DNA of 64,000 nt from Alphaproteobacteria bacterium (lineage in GTDB: Bacteria; Pseudomonadota; Alphaproteobacteria; UBA6615): assembly GCA_002727315.1 (NCBI GenBank), contig PBWR01000007.1, positions 204,005-268,004 on the forward strand, read 5' to 3'. The translations under genes and the position numbers were made by a program. Shown piece by piece: positions 11,091-24,108 of the stretch (positions within the stretch are counted from its first letter, which is position 1; every line of letters begins with the position of its first letter). The notes beneath the pieces are model-generated. The model saw only the letters and a list, made by a program, of their open reading frames with translations, did not search any database and was not told where the DNA came from.

Positions 11091-11801
11091 CTAGACGGCG
11101 GCATCTCCATCAACCTCGAGGGCGTATCCGGAAGACCGGACGGTGCGAATCAGGTCGACCGTGCCAGGCAGGTTCATGGCCTTGCGCAGGCGGCGGATGT
11201 GCACATCGACCGTGCGCGGCTCGATATAGGTATCGTGCCCCCAGACCGAATCCAGCAACTGTTCGCGCGAGAACACGCGGGCTGGGTGTTCCATCAGGAA
11301 CCTCAGGAGCCGGAACTCCGTCGGGCCCAGTTCGACCGCCGCATCGGCGCGGGTCACCCGGTGGCTCGAAAGGTCCATCGAGATGTCGGCATAGGTGAGC
11401 AGGTCCTTGTCGAAGGCCGGGCGTGTGCGGCGCAGGACGGTGCGGACCCGGGCGATGAGTTCGCTCGGCGAAAACGGTTTTACGACATAGTCGTCGGCGC
11501 CCGCGTCGAGCCCGCGGATCCGGTCGTCCTCCTCGCCGCGTGCCGTCAGGATGATGATGGGCAGGTCGCGTGTGTCCGGATTGCGTCGGATGCGGCGGCA
11601 AATCTCGATGCCCGAGACATAAGGCAGCATCCAGTCGAGCAGGACCAGGTCCGGCTGTTGTTCCTCAATCGCGAGCATCGCCTCCTCGCCGTCGCGTGCG
11701 ATGCGTGACTGGAAGCCAGCCTTTTCGAGATTGTAGGAAATGAGTTCGACCAGCGGCGGCTCGTCTTCAACGATCAGGATATTCGGCTCGATGCTGTTCA
11801 T
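11091..11801 (-). CDS. phoB: Phosphate regulon response regulator PhoB
   Basis: Start moved to the ATG at 11801 (MNSIEPNILIVEDE). Receiver domain with DLVLLDWMLP, and an OmpR-type winged helix (RTVDVHIRRLRK). Sits next to phoU-pst. Confidence 0.95.
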   Translation of the reverse strand: MNSIEPNILIVEDEPPLVELISYNLEKAGFQSRIARDGEEAMLAIEEQQPDLVLLDWMLPYVSGIEICRRIRRNPDTRDLPIIILTARGEEDDRIRGLDAGADDYVVKPFSPSELIARVRTVLRRTRPAFDKDLLTYADISMDLSSHRVTRADAAVELGPTEFRLLRFLMEHPARVFSREQLLDSVWGHDTYIEPRTVDVHIRRLRKAMNLPGTVDLIRTVRSSGYALEVDGDAAV

Positions 11802-11820
11802 GGCTGTCAGGCCTCGAGAC

Positions 11821-12531
11821 TCATTCCGGTTCGACAACGGTGATACTAGCTTCGTCCGCCTTCGGGCGGTCTTCGTCGAGGGCCACCCCTTCGACCTGGT
11901 AGTGGATAAGTTCGGCGATATTGGTGGCAAGGTCGCCGATGCGTTCGATGTTGCGCGCCACGAAGAGAAGATGGGTGCATGCCGTGATGTTACGCGCATC
12001 TTCCATCATGTAGGTCAGAAGTTCGCGGAACAGGCTGTCGTACATATCGTCGACCTCCTTGTCCCGGACCCAGACCTCACGCGCCATGGCAACGTCATTG
12101 TTGGCGAAGGCGTCGAGCACATCCTTGATCATGCCGCGGACGAGCCGTCCCATGCGCGGGATGGTGAACAGCGGCTTGACCGGCGGCATCTGGTTCAGCG
12201 CGATCGTCCGCTTGGCGACGTTCTTCGAATAGTCGCCGACCCGCTCGACGATGGGAGCGACCTTGAGCGCGGTCACGATGTGGCGCAGGTCGCCGGCCAT
12301 GGGCTGGCGCAGGGCGAGCAGGCGAATGGCGAGCTCGTCGACCTCGATGTGAAGTTCGTCGATCAGCCGGTCATTGGCGACGGCATCCTCGGCCAGGGAC
12401 GAATCCCGTTTTTGCAGCGCCTCGATGGCGTTCTCGAGCTGGGATTCGGCGAGGCCGCCCATGCGGCTCAGCAGGGCGCTCAGCCGGCTGAGTTCCTCGT
12501 CGAAGGATTTGACGATGTGGTCGGTTGCCAT
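11821..12531 (-). CDS. phoU: Phosphate signalling complex protein PhoU
   Basis: 236 aa. Duplicated PhoU repeats (ERVGDYSKNVA / ERIGDLATNIA). Confidence 0.95.
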   Translation of the reverse strand: MATDHIVKSFDEELSRLSALLSRMGGLAESQLENAIEALQKRDSSLAEDAVANDRLIDELHIEVDELAIRLLALRQPMAGDLRHIVTALKVAPIVERVGDYSKNVAKRTIALNQMPPVKPLFTIPRMGRLVRGMIKDVLDAFANNDVAMAREVWVRDKEVDDMYDSLFRELLTYMMEDARNITACTHLLFVARNIERIGDLATNIAELIHYQVEGVALDEDRPKADEASITVVEPE

Positions 12532-12558
12532 CGTTTCTCTCCGTGATCGGCGTCCGGA

Positions 12559-13425
12559 CTAGCCGAACCGTCCCGTGATGTAGTCCTGGGTCCGCTCGTC
12601 CTCGGGGTTGGTGAAGATCGTCTCGGTCGCACCGGATTCGACCAGATAGCCGAGATGAAAGAACGCCGTTTGCTGGCTGACGCGCGCGGCCTGCTGCATG
12701 GAATGGGTGACGATCATGATCGTGTAGTTCTGGCGCAGCTCGTCCATGAGCTCCTCGATGCGCGCCGTGGCGATCGGGTCGAGTGCGGAGCAGGGCTCGT
12801 CCATCAGGATGACATCGGGATTGACCGCGATGGCGCGCGCGATGCACAGGCGTTGTTGCTGACCGCCCGACAGGCCGGTGCCGGGTTCGCCCAGCCGGTC
12901 CTTGACCTCGTTCCATAGACCGGCGCGCTGCAGGCTTTGCTCGACCAGCTCGTCGAGATCGGCCTTGCCGTGGGCCATGCCATGAATGCGCGGGCCATAG
13001 GCGACATTCTCATAGATGGATTTCGGGAAGGGATTGGGCTTCTGGAACACCATGCCGATCCGTGCACGCAGCTGCACGACATCGATTTCGCTGGCGTAGA
13101 TGTCCTGCTCGTTGATCTCGATATTGCCGGTCACGCGGCAGATCGGGATGGTGTCGTTCATCCGGTTGATGCAGCGCAGGAATGTCGATTTGCCGCAACC
13201 CGACGGCCCGATCAGCGACGTGACCTGATTTTCCGGCACGCCGAGCGAGACCCCGAACAGCGCCTGCTTGTCCGCATAGAAGACGTCGACATTTTCTGCT
13301 CTCACCTTGGTGGGGGCAGCGGCGGAGCGGGTCGACGGGGCGTGCGCCTCAACTGTATTACTCATACCAGTGGTGCCTTCTTCAACGGGCGGCGGTGCGC
13401 CCTCGACTTGAACGGCTTCGGTCAT
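12559..13425 (-). CDS. pstB: Phosphate ABC transporter ATP-binding protein PstB
   Basis: 288 aa. Walker [10 protein letters not shown], signature [13 protein letters not shown], Walker B ILMDEP. The N-terminal extension makes the start uncertain. Confidence 0.95.
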   Translation of the reverse strand: MTEAVQVEGAPPPVEEGTTGMSNTVEAHAPSTRSAAAPTKVRAENVDVFYADKQALFGVSLGVPENQVTSLIGPSGCGKSTFLRCINRMNDTIPICRVTGNIEINEQDIYASEIDVVQLRARIGMVFQKPNPFPKSIYENVAYGPRIHGMAHGKADLDELVEQSLQRAGLWNEVKDRLGEPGTGLSGGQQQRLCIARAIAVNPDVILMDEPCSALDPIATARIEELMDELRQNYTIMIVTHSMQQAARVSQQTAFFHLGYLVESGATETIFTNPEDERTQDYITGRFG

Positions 13426-13426
13426 T

Positions 13427-14731
13427 CTACCATCGCCTCTCGAACTTCCGCCGCAGCAGAACGGCGGCGAGATTCATAATGATCAGGAATGCCAGCAGCA
13501 CGATGATTGCTGCCGACGTTCGTTCCACGAATGCGCGCTCGGGCGCATCGGCCCAAAGAAAGACCTGGACCGGCAGGACGGTTGCGGCGTCGGTGAAGCC
13601 GCGCGGGATGTCGACGATGAATGCCACCATGCCGATCATCAGGAGCGGCGCCGTTTCACCCAGGGCGCGCGCCATGCCGATGATCGTACCGGTCAGGATC
13701 CCGGGCATGGCCAGTGGCAGGACATGGTGTGAGACGGTCTGCAGCGGAGATGCGCCGACCCCCAGTGCGGCTTCGCGAATCGACCGCGGCACGGATTGCA
13801 GTGCGGCCCGGCCGGCGATGATCACGGTCGGCAGGGTCATGAGCGCAAGCACCAGGCCGCCGACCAGCGGTGCAGAGCGGGGCAGGCCGAAGAAGTTAAG
13901 GAACACGGCCAGTCCCAGCAGACCGAAGACGATGGAGGGGACGGCGGCCAGGTTGTTGATGTTGACCTCGATCAGGTCGGTCCAGCGGTTCTTCGGTGCG
14001 AACTCTTCCAGATAGACCGCCGCCATCACGCCGATGGGGAAGGACAGGACCAGGGTGACGGCGAGCGTCAGCGCGGTGCCCACGACGGCGCCCCAGACGC
14101 CTGCCTGCTCGGGCTCGCGGCTGTCCCCAGAGGTGAAGAAGGTTGTGTTGAAGGAGCGCCGGATGCGGCCATCCTCGTCCAGCGTGTCGAACCAGCCGAT
14201 CTGGGCGTCCTTCACGCGGCGATCCCCCTCCGGCACGTCGCGCGGGATGGCGCCCTTGGCCAGCTGGTCGATATCGGCAGAGGTCTTGAACCAGATGGTC
14301 TGGGTGGTCCCGATCAGTTCGGTATTGGCCTCGACGAACTGGCGCAGATCGAAATCGGAGCCGGAGGATATGATCTTGAAAAGACTGCGCTGGTTTCGCC
14401 GGCCCGAGACATCGGGGAACTGGGCCCGCATCGCGTCGCGCACGATCTTGCGGTAATTCGCCTTGGCCAGAATGGCCGGGTCGCGCGTTCCGTCGGGATC
14501 GATCAGTGCTGCGTCGAGATGAATGTCCAGCGCCATCTCGGTCTGGGTGAAGGCGCTCGATCCCGTCGAGACGATGGAGCCAAGCAGCACGGCGAGCATG
14601 GCGAGCGCCGCGAAGATTGCGGCGATCCCGTACATCCTGAACCGCGCCTCGGCGCGATAGCGCCGCCGCAGATGGGCGTCGGAGAAATCCGGCTTCCGGG
14701 TGATCGATCGATCGGCTGGGAAATCAGTCAT
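13427..14731 (-). CDS. pstA: Phosphate ABC transporter permease PstA (long form)
   Basis: 434 aa. Permease core with [13 protein letters not shown], preceded by a large periplasmic loop. Overlaps pstC by 8 nt. Confidence 0.93.
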   Translation of the reverse strand: MTDFPADRSITRKPDFSDAHLRRRYRAEARFRMYGIAAIFAALAMLAVLLGSIVSTGSSAFTQTEMALDIHLDAALIDPDGTRDPAILAKANYRKIVRDAMRAQFPDVSGRRNQRSLFKIISSGSDFDLRQFVEANTELIGTTQTIWFKTSADIDQLAKGAIPRDVPEGDRRVKDAQIGWFDTLDEDGRIRRSFNTTFFTSGDSREPEQAGVWGAVVGTALTLAVTLVLSFPIGVMAAVYLEEFAPKNRWTDLIEVNINNLAAVPSIVFGLLGLAVFLNFFGLPRSAPLVGGLVLALMTLPTVIIAGRAALQSVPRSIREAALGVGASPLQTVSHHVLPLAMPGILTGTIIGMARALGETAPLLMIGMVAFIVDIPRGFTDAATVLPVQVFLWADAPERAFVERTSAAIIVLLAFLIIMNLAAVLLRRKFERRW

Positions 14732-16100
14732 ATTCTTCCCTGTATTTCCGCACCACGCGCAGCGCGACCACGTTCAGCGCCAGGGTGACGAGGAACAGCA
14801 CCAGGCCGAGCGCGAAGGCGGCCAGGGTCTTGGCGCTGTCGAACTCCTGGTCGCCGACCAGCAGGGTGACGATCTGCACCGTGACCGTTGTCACCGCCTC
14901 GAGGGGGTTGGCTGTCAGGTTGGCCGACAGGCCGGCGGCCATCACCACGATCATGGTCTCGCCGATGGCGCGGCTGACGGCGAGCAGAATTGCGCCCACG
15001 ATCCCGTGCAGGGATGCCGGCAGGATGACCTGGCGGATGGTCTCGGACTGGGTGGCGCCGAGGGCGTAGGACCCGTCGCGCAGGGATTGGGGCACGGCGT
15101 TGATCACATCGTCCGACAGGGACGAGACGAACGGAATGATCATCACGCCCATGACGAGACCGGCGGCCAACGCGCTTTCGGATGCGACTGGCAGGCCGAT
15201 CGACTCCCCGACCCCGCGGAACAGTGGCCCGATCGTCAGAGCGGCGAAAAATCCGTAGACCACCGTCGGGATGCCGGCGAGAATTTCGAGCAGAGGCTTG
15301 ACGATCGAACGGGTCGTGGGGCTGGCGTACTCGGCCATATAGATCGCCGCCATCAATCCGATCGGGACCGCGACGATCATCGCGATCACGGTGATCAACA
15401 GGGTGCCGGCGAATATGGGGACGGCGCCGAACGCGCCCGATCCGCCAATCTGATCGGCGCGCAGGGCCGTTTGCGGGCTCCAGTTGAGCCCGAACAGAAA
15501 CTCGATTGGCGAGACCTGGCCGAAGAAACGGATCGATTCGAACAGCAGCGACAGGACGATACCGATGGTCGTCAGGATCGCGACGATCGATGCGATCAGG
15601 AGTATCCAGCGCAAAACATGTTCGACGCGCGGACGCGCCCGCAGGGCGGGCTTGATGGCGCGCTGACCGAGATACAGCCCGCCGACCGCCAGGACGAAGG
15701 TGGCACCGGCCATGAGGACAAAGCCCAGCCGCTGCAGGTTGCCGTAGCGCTCGGCGGCGGCCAGCACCGTGGGGTCGGGAGCGCGGCTGGTGATGTCACC
15801 GGCGGCGAGATTTCGAATATCACTGAGAAGCAGGCTGATCTGCCCCTCGGACAGGTCGGCCACATGGCCGGCCAGTCCTGCCAGGACCATGCCTTCGACC
15901 AGACTGTTCTGGAACATCAGCCAGACCGCGATGACCAGGATCGCCGGGAGGCCGCACCACAGCGCGACATAGGCGCCGTGATAGGACGGCAGGGAATGCA
16001 GGCGGCCGACGCTGCCGGCGGCGAACGCCTTGCGGCGACCGTAGTGATAGGCCAACGCGCTCACGGCCAGAAGTGCAACGATCAGGAGCAGGGAGTTCAT
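14724..16100 (-). CDS. pstC: Phosphate ABC transporter permease PstC (long form)
   Basis: I prefer the ATG at 16100 (MNSLLLIVALLAV...), because the longer GTG start at 16151 lies inside the pstS-pstC terminator stem. Permease motif LRDGSYALGATQSET. Confidence 0.88.
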   Translation of the reverse strand: MNSLLLIVALLAVSALAYHYGRRKAFAAGSVGRLHSLPSYHGAYVALWCGLPAILVIAVWLMFQNSLVEGMVLAGLAGHVADLSEGQISLLLSDIRNLAAGDITSRAPDPTVLAAAERYGNLQRLGFVLMAGATFVLAVGGLYLGQRAIKPALRARPRVEHVLRWILLIASIVAILTTIGIVLSLLFESIRFFGQVSPIEFLFGLNWSPQTALRADQIGGSGAFGAVPIFAGTLLITVIAMIVAVPIGLMAAIYMAEYASPTTRSIVKPLLEILAGIPTVVYGFFAALTIGPLFRGVGESIGLPVASESALAAGLVMGVMIIPFVSSLSDDVINAVPQSLRDGSYALGATQSETIRQVILPASLHGIVGAILLAVSRAIGETMIVVMAAGLSANLTANPLEAVTTVTVQIVTLLVGDQEFDSAKTLAAFALGLVLFLVTLALNVVALRVVRKYREEYD

Positions 16101-16137
16101 GGATGTTGCGGTTCTGGCGGCGCGCGGGGTGTGGGGG

Positions 16138-16171
16138 AAAGAAAAAGCCACCGGCGCGGGGGCGCCGGTGG
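16138..16171 (-). terminator. Intrinsic terminator/attenuator hairpin between pstS and pstC
   Basis: On the minus strand: CCACCGGCGC-CCCC-GCGCCGGTGG, a perfect 10-bp stem, followed by CTTTTTCTTT. It starts 13 nt after the pstS TAA. Confidence 0.6.
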
Positions 16172-16183
16172 CAGTGGGGGTAG

Positions 16184-17194
16184 TTACATGGCCAGGGGCT
16201 GAAGGCCCTGTGCCTGTTTGCCCATTGCGGCACGGTCCGCATCGGGCAGGGGGATCAGTCCCTTGTCGATCAGATAGCCGTCGGGGCCCCAGGCGTTCTC
16301 GCTCGTGAATTCAAACACGAACTCCTTGATGCCCGGGATGACCCCCACATGCTGCTGTTTCACATAGAAGAACAGGGACCGGGAGACGGGATAGTCACCC
16401 GCCGCGATGGCCTCGAACTCCGGCTCGGTGCCGTTCACCGATGCGCCCTTGAGCTTGTCGGCGTTCTGGTCGAGGAAGCTGAAACCGAAGATGCCGTATG
16501 CGGCCGGATTTGCTTCGAGCTTCTGGACGATCAGATTGTCGTTCTCACCGGCTTCGATGAAGACGCCGTCTTCGCGAACGGCGTGGCAGGCCTTTTTCTT
16601 GAGGCCGAGTTCAGCCGCGCCGGGCAGCGTCTTGCAGCCGCCCTCCATGGCGATCTCGACGAAGGCGTCACGCGTGCCGCTGGTCGGCGGCGGCCCTAGC
16701 ACCTCGATCTTCTGCTTCGGCAGGGTGGGGTCGATATCCGACCACATCCGGTAGGGGTTTGCGATCAGCTTGCCGTCGCGGGGAATATCCTTGGCCAGCG
16801 CCAGGAACAGCTGCTCGAGGCTGAGGTCCAGATCTGCGCCGCCCTTGGCGTTGGCGATCACGATGCCGTCGAAACCGACCTGCACTTCCGTGATGTCGAT
16901 GCCGTTCTTGGTGCAGGCCTCGAACTCCGACTTCTTCATGCGGCGCGAGGCGTTGGTCATATCTGGATGGTTCTCGCCGACGCCGGCGCAGAACAGCTTC
17001 ATGCCGCCGCCGGTGCCGGTGCTTTCGACGACCGGGGTCGAGAAGCTCGAGGTCTTGCCGAACTGCTCGGCCACGGCGGTAGAGAATGGGAAGACGGTGG
17101 ACGATCCGACGATACGGATCTGGTCGCGGGCTTCGGCAGCTCCGGCGATACCCACCGTAAGGGCTGCTGCGAGGGTCAGTGTCTTGATTTTCAC
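16184..17194 (-). CDS. pstS: Phosphate ABC transporter substrate-binding protein PstS
   Basis: Start moved to the GTG at 17194 (VKIKTLTLAAALTVGIAGAAEA signal peptide), preceded by AGGAG. Motifs GSSTVFPF and TSGTRDAF. Confidence 0.9.
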   Translation of the reverse strand: MKIKTLTLAAALTVGIAGAAEARDQIRIVGSSTVFPFSTAVAEQFGKTSSFSTPVVESTGTGGGMKLFCAGVGENHPDMTNASRRMKKSEFEACTKNGIDITEVQVGFDGIVIANAKGGADLDLSLEQLFLALAKDIPRDGKLIANPYRMWSDIDPTLPKQKIEVLGPPPTSGTRDAFVEIAMEGGCKTLPGAAELGLKKKACHAVREDGVFIEAGENDNLIVQKLEANPAAYGIFGFSFLDQNADKLKGASVNGTEPEFEAIAAGDYPVSRSLFFYVKQQHVGVIPGIKEFVFEFTSENAWGPDGYLIDKGLIPLPDADRAAMGKQAQGLQPLAM

Positions 17195-17307
17195 GGTTGC
17201 CTCTCCTGAGGATGGTCGTGGTTGACGTTCGATTTGCGCGGCCGCACCGGTGATTGGTCCGGTCACGTTCGCAGGCAGGACCCTACGGCCACCTCGGAGA
17301 TGGATGT

Positions 17308-17336
17308 ATGACACTTATGTTTCAGTTGTGTGACAC
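17308..17336 (-). promoter_or_regulatory. Candidate Pho box (PhoB binding site) upstream of pstS
   Basis: Minus strand reads GTGTCAC-acaa-CTGAAAC-ataa-GTGTCAT: three 7-bp direct repeats at exact 11-bp spacing. The Pho box consensus is CTGTCAT-N4-CTGTCAT. It lies about 115-140 nt upstream of the pstS start. Confidence 0.55.
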
Positions 17337-17402
17337 GGACCCGCGCCGCCGCAGATTGTGACAACTCGCGGCTTCCAGGGTGCCTGTCGGGACGTTGCCG
17401 GG

Positions 17403-18782
17403 TCAGGGCGTGGCGAGCTGTAGGGTCACGGTAAAGGTGCTGCCGACGCCCGGTTGGCTCTGAATTGACAGTTCGCCCCGGTGCCGATTGGCGATGTGCT
17501 TGACGATGGCAAGACCGAGACCGGTCCCGCCGAGCTCGCGCGAGCGGGCGGTGTCGACCCTGTAGAAGCGCTCGGTCAGGCGTGGAAGATGTTCGCGCGG
17601 AATGCCGTCCCCCTGATCGATGACAGACACGCTCACCGTGTCATCTTGAACCTCGGCCTCGACCCGCACGATGCTGCCGCTGCCGCCATACTTGATGGCG
17701 TTTTCGATCAGATTCTGGAACAGCTGGGTCAGTTCATCCGACTGGCCGACGACCGGGCGGTCGAGGTTGCCCATGTCGAGCTGGATGGTTGCGTCGTGGG
17801 CCGCTGCCTGGGGTGCCAGCAGATCGGCCACGGTACCGATGGTCTGGCCGAGATCCACCTCGTCGCTGGGCGGCGTGTGCTCGTTCATCTCGATCCGCGA
17901 CAGGGACAGCAGGTCGTTGACGATCCGGGTCATGCGGGTCGACTGATCCTCCATCAGGTCGAGGAAGCGGGCCTGGGCGTCGGGGTCGTCCCGCGCCGCG
18001 CTACGCAATGTTTCGAAGAAACCCACGAGAGAGGTCAACGGTGTGCGCAATTCGTGGCTGACATTGGCGACGAAGTCCGCACGCAACTGCTCACCGCGGC
18101 GCAGCGCCGTCACATCGTGCATCAAGATGAGCACGCGCGCCCCGTCCACGCTTTCCGTGTTGGCCTGAATGGGTTCGACCCGTGCTTCCAGGAACTGGTC
18201 GACCCGGTCGGCGAAGTTGAATTCTATGGCGCGCGACGGCTTGCCTTCGAGGACCTCGGCGACCGCGTCGTGGATTGCGGGCTGGCGGATCACGGCCGAC
18301 AGGTTGCGCCCGATCAGGTCTCCGGTCCCGTTGCGCCCCTCCAGCAGCTCGCGCGCCGCCGTGTTCGCATAGACAAGCCGGGACTCGGCATCCAGCGTGA
18401 TCAGGGGGTCCGGAAGCGCATCGAACAGGATCTGGGCGGCATGCAAATTGTCGCGCAACATCCGACGGTCGCGGCCCCAGTTGCGTTCGAGGCGAAACAG
18501 GTTCGCGGCCACGTCCCCGATAGGTCCGAAGTCGTCAGGCGGCAAAATATCGGCTTCCTGATCGGGAGGCTGATCGATCAGGGATTCAAGCCGGGTCGAA
18601 ATCTCCCGCAGGCGCGCCAGAGGTCGAATGACCAGCGTTGCGCCGGCCGTGACGACAACCACGATGCCGATCACACCTGGGCCGGCCGGAAGAGCGCCGG
18701 AGGTGATCAGGATAATCAGCACGACCATCCCAGGCAGGCTGAGAGCCAGGGCGATGGCAAGCAGATGTTTTGTCTTCGGCAT
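17403..18782 (-). CDS. phoR: Phosphate regulon sensor histidine kinase PhoR
   Basis: 459 aa. N-terminal TM region, PAS-like segment, H-box (FVANVSHELRTPLTS) and N/G1/G2 boxes (GGTGLGLAIVKH). Confidence 0.92.
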   Translation of the reverse strand: MPKTKHLLAIALALSLPGMVVLIILITSGALPAGPGVIGIVVVVTAGATLVIRPLARLREISTRLESLIDQPPDQEADILPPDDFGPIGDVAANLFRLERNWGRDRRMLRDNLHAAQILFDALPDPLITLDAESRLVYANTAARELLEGRNGTGDLIGRNLSAVIRQPAIHDAVAEVLEGKPSRAIEFNFADRVDQFLEARVEPIQANTESVDGARVLILMHDVTALRRGEQLRADFVANVSHELRTPLTSLVGFFETLRSAARDDPDAQARFLDLMEDQSTRMTRIVNDLLSLSRIEMNEHTPPSDEVDLGQTIGTVADLLAPQAAAHDATIQLDMGNLDRPVVGQSDELTQLFQNLIENAIKYGGSGSIVRVEAEVQDDTVSVSVIDQGDGIPREHLPRLTERFYRVDTARSRELGGTGLGLAIVKHIANRHRGELSIQSQPGVGSTFTVTLQLATP

Positions 18783-18855
18783 CTTCGGTTTTTGCTGCGT
18801 CAGGCCGTCGATCGGGCGGGGGCCAGACTAACACGCCGGTCGATGAAGTCGCCGT

Positions 18856-21204
<2,349 letters not shown>

Positions 21205-21384
21205 GAATCTCGCTTCGGCTGGTGAAGGCAACGGTCTACGCACGGTGAGCGTGAACCGTGTTCCGCGAACAGGTCAAGAAAAGCTGCGCGGCACGCACGC
21301 AATCTTTTCCCCGATTTTCTCGGACTGCGGGTTTTGCCGGGGTTTTGGCCGGTCGGGCGTGGGCGTATATGATGGGGGTTCGCC

Positions 21385-24108
21385 ATGTCAGGTTCCGCCA
21401 CCGCCTCCGATACACGCCCATCCAAGCCGGCCGCCGCGTCGCCGATGCTGGCTCAGTGGCACGCGGCGAAAGAGGCCTATCCGGATTGCCTACTGTTCTT
21501 CCGCATGGGCGATTTCTACGAACTGTTTTTCGATGATGCGGTCGCGGCTGCGTCGTCGCTCGATATCGCGCTCACCACGCGCGGGCAGCACAAGGGCGAA
21601 CCGGTTCCCATGGCGGGTGTGCCGGTGCACGCCGCCGAGCAGTACCTGCCGCGCCTGATCCGGGCCGGCCACCGGGTCGCGGTCTGCGAGCAGATGGAAG
21701 ACCCGGCCGAGGCCAAGAAGCGGGGTTCAAAGTCGATCGTCCGCCGCCAGGTCGTGCGGGTGATCACGCCGGGCACCCTGATCGAGGACACGTTGCTGGA
21801 TGCGCGCCGGCACAATTATCTGGCGTCGTGCGCGGAGGTGCGTGGCGAGATCGGGCTCGCCTGGCTCGACATGTCGACCGGTGAGGTCTGGATGCAGCCG
21901 ATCCCGCCCTCGGGCGGTGGCAATCTTCTGGCCGCCGCGCTGGCGCGGATCGCGCCGGGCGAGATCCTGCTGCCCGACCGCATGCTTGAGGAGGACGATC
22001 TCGCGGCGCTGTGGGATGACATGCGCGAGGCGCTGACCCCCCTGCCGGCGAGCCGTTTCGATTCCACCAACGCCGAGGCGCGCCTGACCGAAGCCTATGG
22101 GGTCCGAACCCTTGATGCGTTCGGCGAACCGGGTCGGGCGGAAGTCACGGCGGCCGGTGCGCTCCTCGACTACCTCGCCCTGACCCAGGTCGACCGGATG
22201 CCGCGCTTGGCGCGTCCACGCCGTTTGCCGCCGCCGGGTGCGGCGGGCGCCGTGATGGAGATCGACGCGGCGACCCGGCGCAACCTAGAGCTGGCCCAGA
22301 CCCTGTCCGGCGAACGCCGGGGGTCGTTGTTGTCGGTGATCGATCGCACCGTCACTGGCCCCGGTGCGCGCCTGCTAGCGGAACGGCTGGCCGCGCCCTT
22401 GACCGATGTGTCCGCGATCGACCTACGCCTTGATGCCGTCGAGTTCCTGGTCGATGAGGTTGCCGCGCGCGAGGATATTCGCTCCGGCCTGCGCACCGCA
22501 CCGGACATGGAACGCGCGCTTTCCCGCCTGGCGCTGGGCCGTGGCGGGCCGCGCGACCTTGCGGTTGTTCGCGCCGGGCTTGAAGCGGCGGCTTCGTTAC
22601 GCGGGCTCCTCGACGCCACGGCATCGGTGCCCCCGGTGCTTACCGATGCTGCGCTGGCGTTGGGTGAGCATGGCCCGTTGGTTTCCAGATTGACCGCGGC
22701 CCTTGCTGATCCCCTGCCGCTTGCCGCGCGCGACGGCGGGTTTATCCGGCCCGAATACTCGTCCGATCTGGATGAACAGACCGCGCTGCGCGATGAAAGC
22801 CGGCATCTGATCGCGGGCCTGCAGGCCGATTATGCTGAGCAGACCGGCGTGGCGAACCTGAAGGTGAAGCACAACAATGTGCTGGGCTACTTCGTCGAGG
22901 TCGGTGCGACACATGCCGAGCGCCTGATGGAGGGCGGCAAGGAGGCGGCCGCCGAGCGCCACGGGCTCATCCATCGCCAGACGATGGCAAATGCAACCCG
23001 GTTCACGACCGTCGAATTGTCCGAGCTGGACGATAAGATTTCGCGCGCCGGCGAACGCGCCTTGGCCATCGAACTAGAAGTGTTCCAGGCGCTTGCGGAC
23101 GAAACGCTGGCCCAGGCCAATGCGGTTGCATCGGCGGCGCGCGCGCTGGCCGAGCTGGATGTGGCGGCGGCCCTCGCCGAACTCGCGGTCGGCTCGCGAT
23201 ATACCCGGCCCGTTCTGTCGGACAGTCCGGCGTTCCGGATCACCGCCGGCCGTCACCCCGTCGTCGAGGCGATGCTCGAGGATGGATCGTCGGGCTTCGT
23301 TGCCAACGACTGTGACCTGTCCGGCGAGACGGAAGCGGCCGGACGACTCTGGCTCGTCACCGGTCCGAACATGGCCGGCAAGTCTACGTTCCTGCGCCAG
23401 AACGCGCTGATTGCCATCCTGGCGCAGATCGGATCCTTCGTGCCGGCGGGTGCGGCAGAGATCGGGGTTGTCGACCGGCTGTTCAGTCGCGTGGGTGCCG
23501 CCGACGATCTGGCACGCGGCCGCTCGACCTTCATGGTCGAAATGGTCGAGACCGCGGCGATCCTGAACCAGGCGGGCCAGCGATCGCTGGTGATCCTGGA
23601 CGAGATTGGCCGCGGCACCGCGACCTTCGATGGGCTCTCGATCGCCTGGGCGACGGTGGAACATCTACACGAACAGAACAGCTGCCGGACATTGTTCGCC
23701 ACCCATTTTCACGAACTGACGCGGCTTGCCGCGCGGCTGCCGGACATGTCGTGCCACACGATGCGGGTCAAGGAGTGGAACGACGACATCGTCTTCCTGC
23801 ACGAGGTGGGGCCGGGGGCGGCAGACCGGTCCTATGGCATCCATGTGGGCAAGCTGGCCGGCCTGCCCGAGGCCGTTGTCTCACGTGCCGAGGAGGTCCT
23901 GCGTCTGCTCGAAGCCGGCGAGCAGGCCGGGGCGCTCACGCGGCTGGTCGATGATCTCCCACTGTTCCAGGCGGTCGCCTCGACGCTGGAGACGCCCCTA
24001 CAGTCCGATCCGGTGCGCGAGATCCTTACGAGCGTCGTTCCCGACGAGCTGACCCCGCGCACTGCGCTCGAACTTCTCTACAGGCTGAAAGCCGCACTGG
24101 ATGAATGA
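21385..24108 (+). CDS. mutS: DNA mismatch repair protein MutS
   Basis: 907 aa. TPMLAQW...[15 protein letters not shown] mismatch-binding motif, Walker [10 protein letters not shown], and DEIGRGT. Confidence 0.97.
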   Translation: MSGSATASDTRPSKPAAASPMLAQWHAAKEAYPDCLLFFRMGDFYELFFDDAVAAASSLDIALTTRGQHKGEPVPMAGVPVHAAEQYLPRLIRAGHRVAVCEQMEDPAEAKKRGSKSIVRRQVVRVITPGTLIEDTLLDARRHNYLASCAEVRGEIGLAWLDMSTGEVWMQPIPPSGGGNLLAAALARIAPGEILLPDRMLEEDDLAALWDDMREALTPLPASRFDSTNAEARLTEAYGVRTLDAFGEPGRAEVTAAGALLDYLALTQVDRMPRLARPRRLPPPGAAGAVMEIDAATRRNLELAQTLSGERRGSLLSVIDRTVTGPGARLLAERLAAPLTDVSAIDLRLDAVEFLVDEVAAREDIRSGLRTAPDMERALSRLALGRGGPRDLAVVRAGLEAAASLRGLLDATASVPPVLTDAALALGEHGPLVSRLTAALADPLPLAARDGGFIRPEYSSDLDEQTALRDESRHLIAGLQADYAEQTGVANLKVKHNNVLGYFVEVGATHAERLMEGGKEAAAERHGLIHRQTMANATRFTTVELSELDDKISRAGERALAIELEVFQALADETLAQANAVASAARALAELDVAAALAELAVGSRYTRPVLSDSPAFRITAGRHPVVEAMLEDGSSGFVANDCDLSGETEAAGRLWLVTGPNMAGKSTFLRQNALIAILAQIGSFVPAGAAEIGVVDRLFSRVGAADDLARGRSTFMVEMVETAAILNQAGQRSLVILDEIGRGTATFDGLSIAWATVEHLHEQNSCRTLFATHFHELTRLAARLPDMSCHTMRVKEWNDDIVFLHEVGPGAADRSYGIHVGKLAGLPEAVVSRAEEVLRLLEAGEQAGALTRLVDDLPLFQAVASTLETPLQSDPVREILTSVVPDELTPRTALELLYRLKAALDE

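Noticed and set aside
14700-16202. 500-aa plus-strand ORF over pstC, with similar cases at 7757-8845, 19429-20964, 39576-41135, 44975-46498, 54418-55992 and 60883-62697
   Set aside because: Each is antisense to a gene with clear family motifs (pstC, adenosine kinase, maeB, miaB, metK, pnp, the HdrD-like gene). None shows motifs of its own.
21253-21270. GAAC-cgt-GTTC-cgc-GAAC motif in the maeB-mutS intergenic region as a LexA/SOS box
   Set aside because: Alphaproteobacterial LexA sites are GTTC/GAAC direct repeats spaced by 7 nt. Here the spacings are 3 and 10 nt. mutS is not a typical SOS gene.
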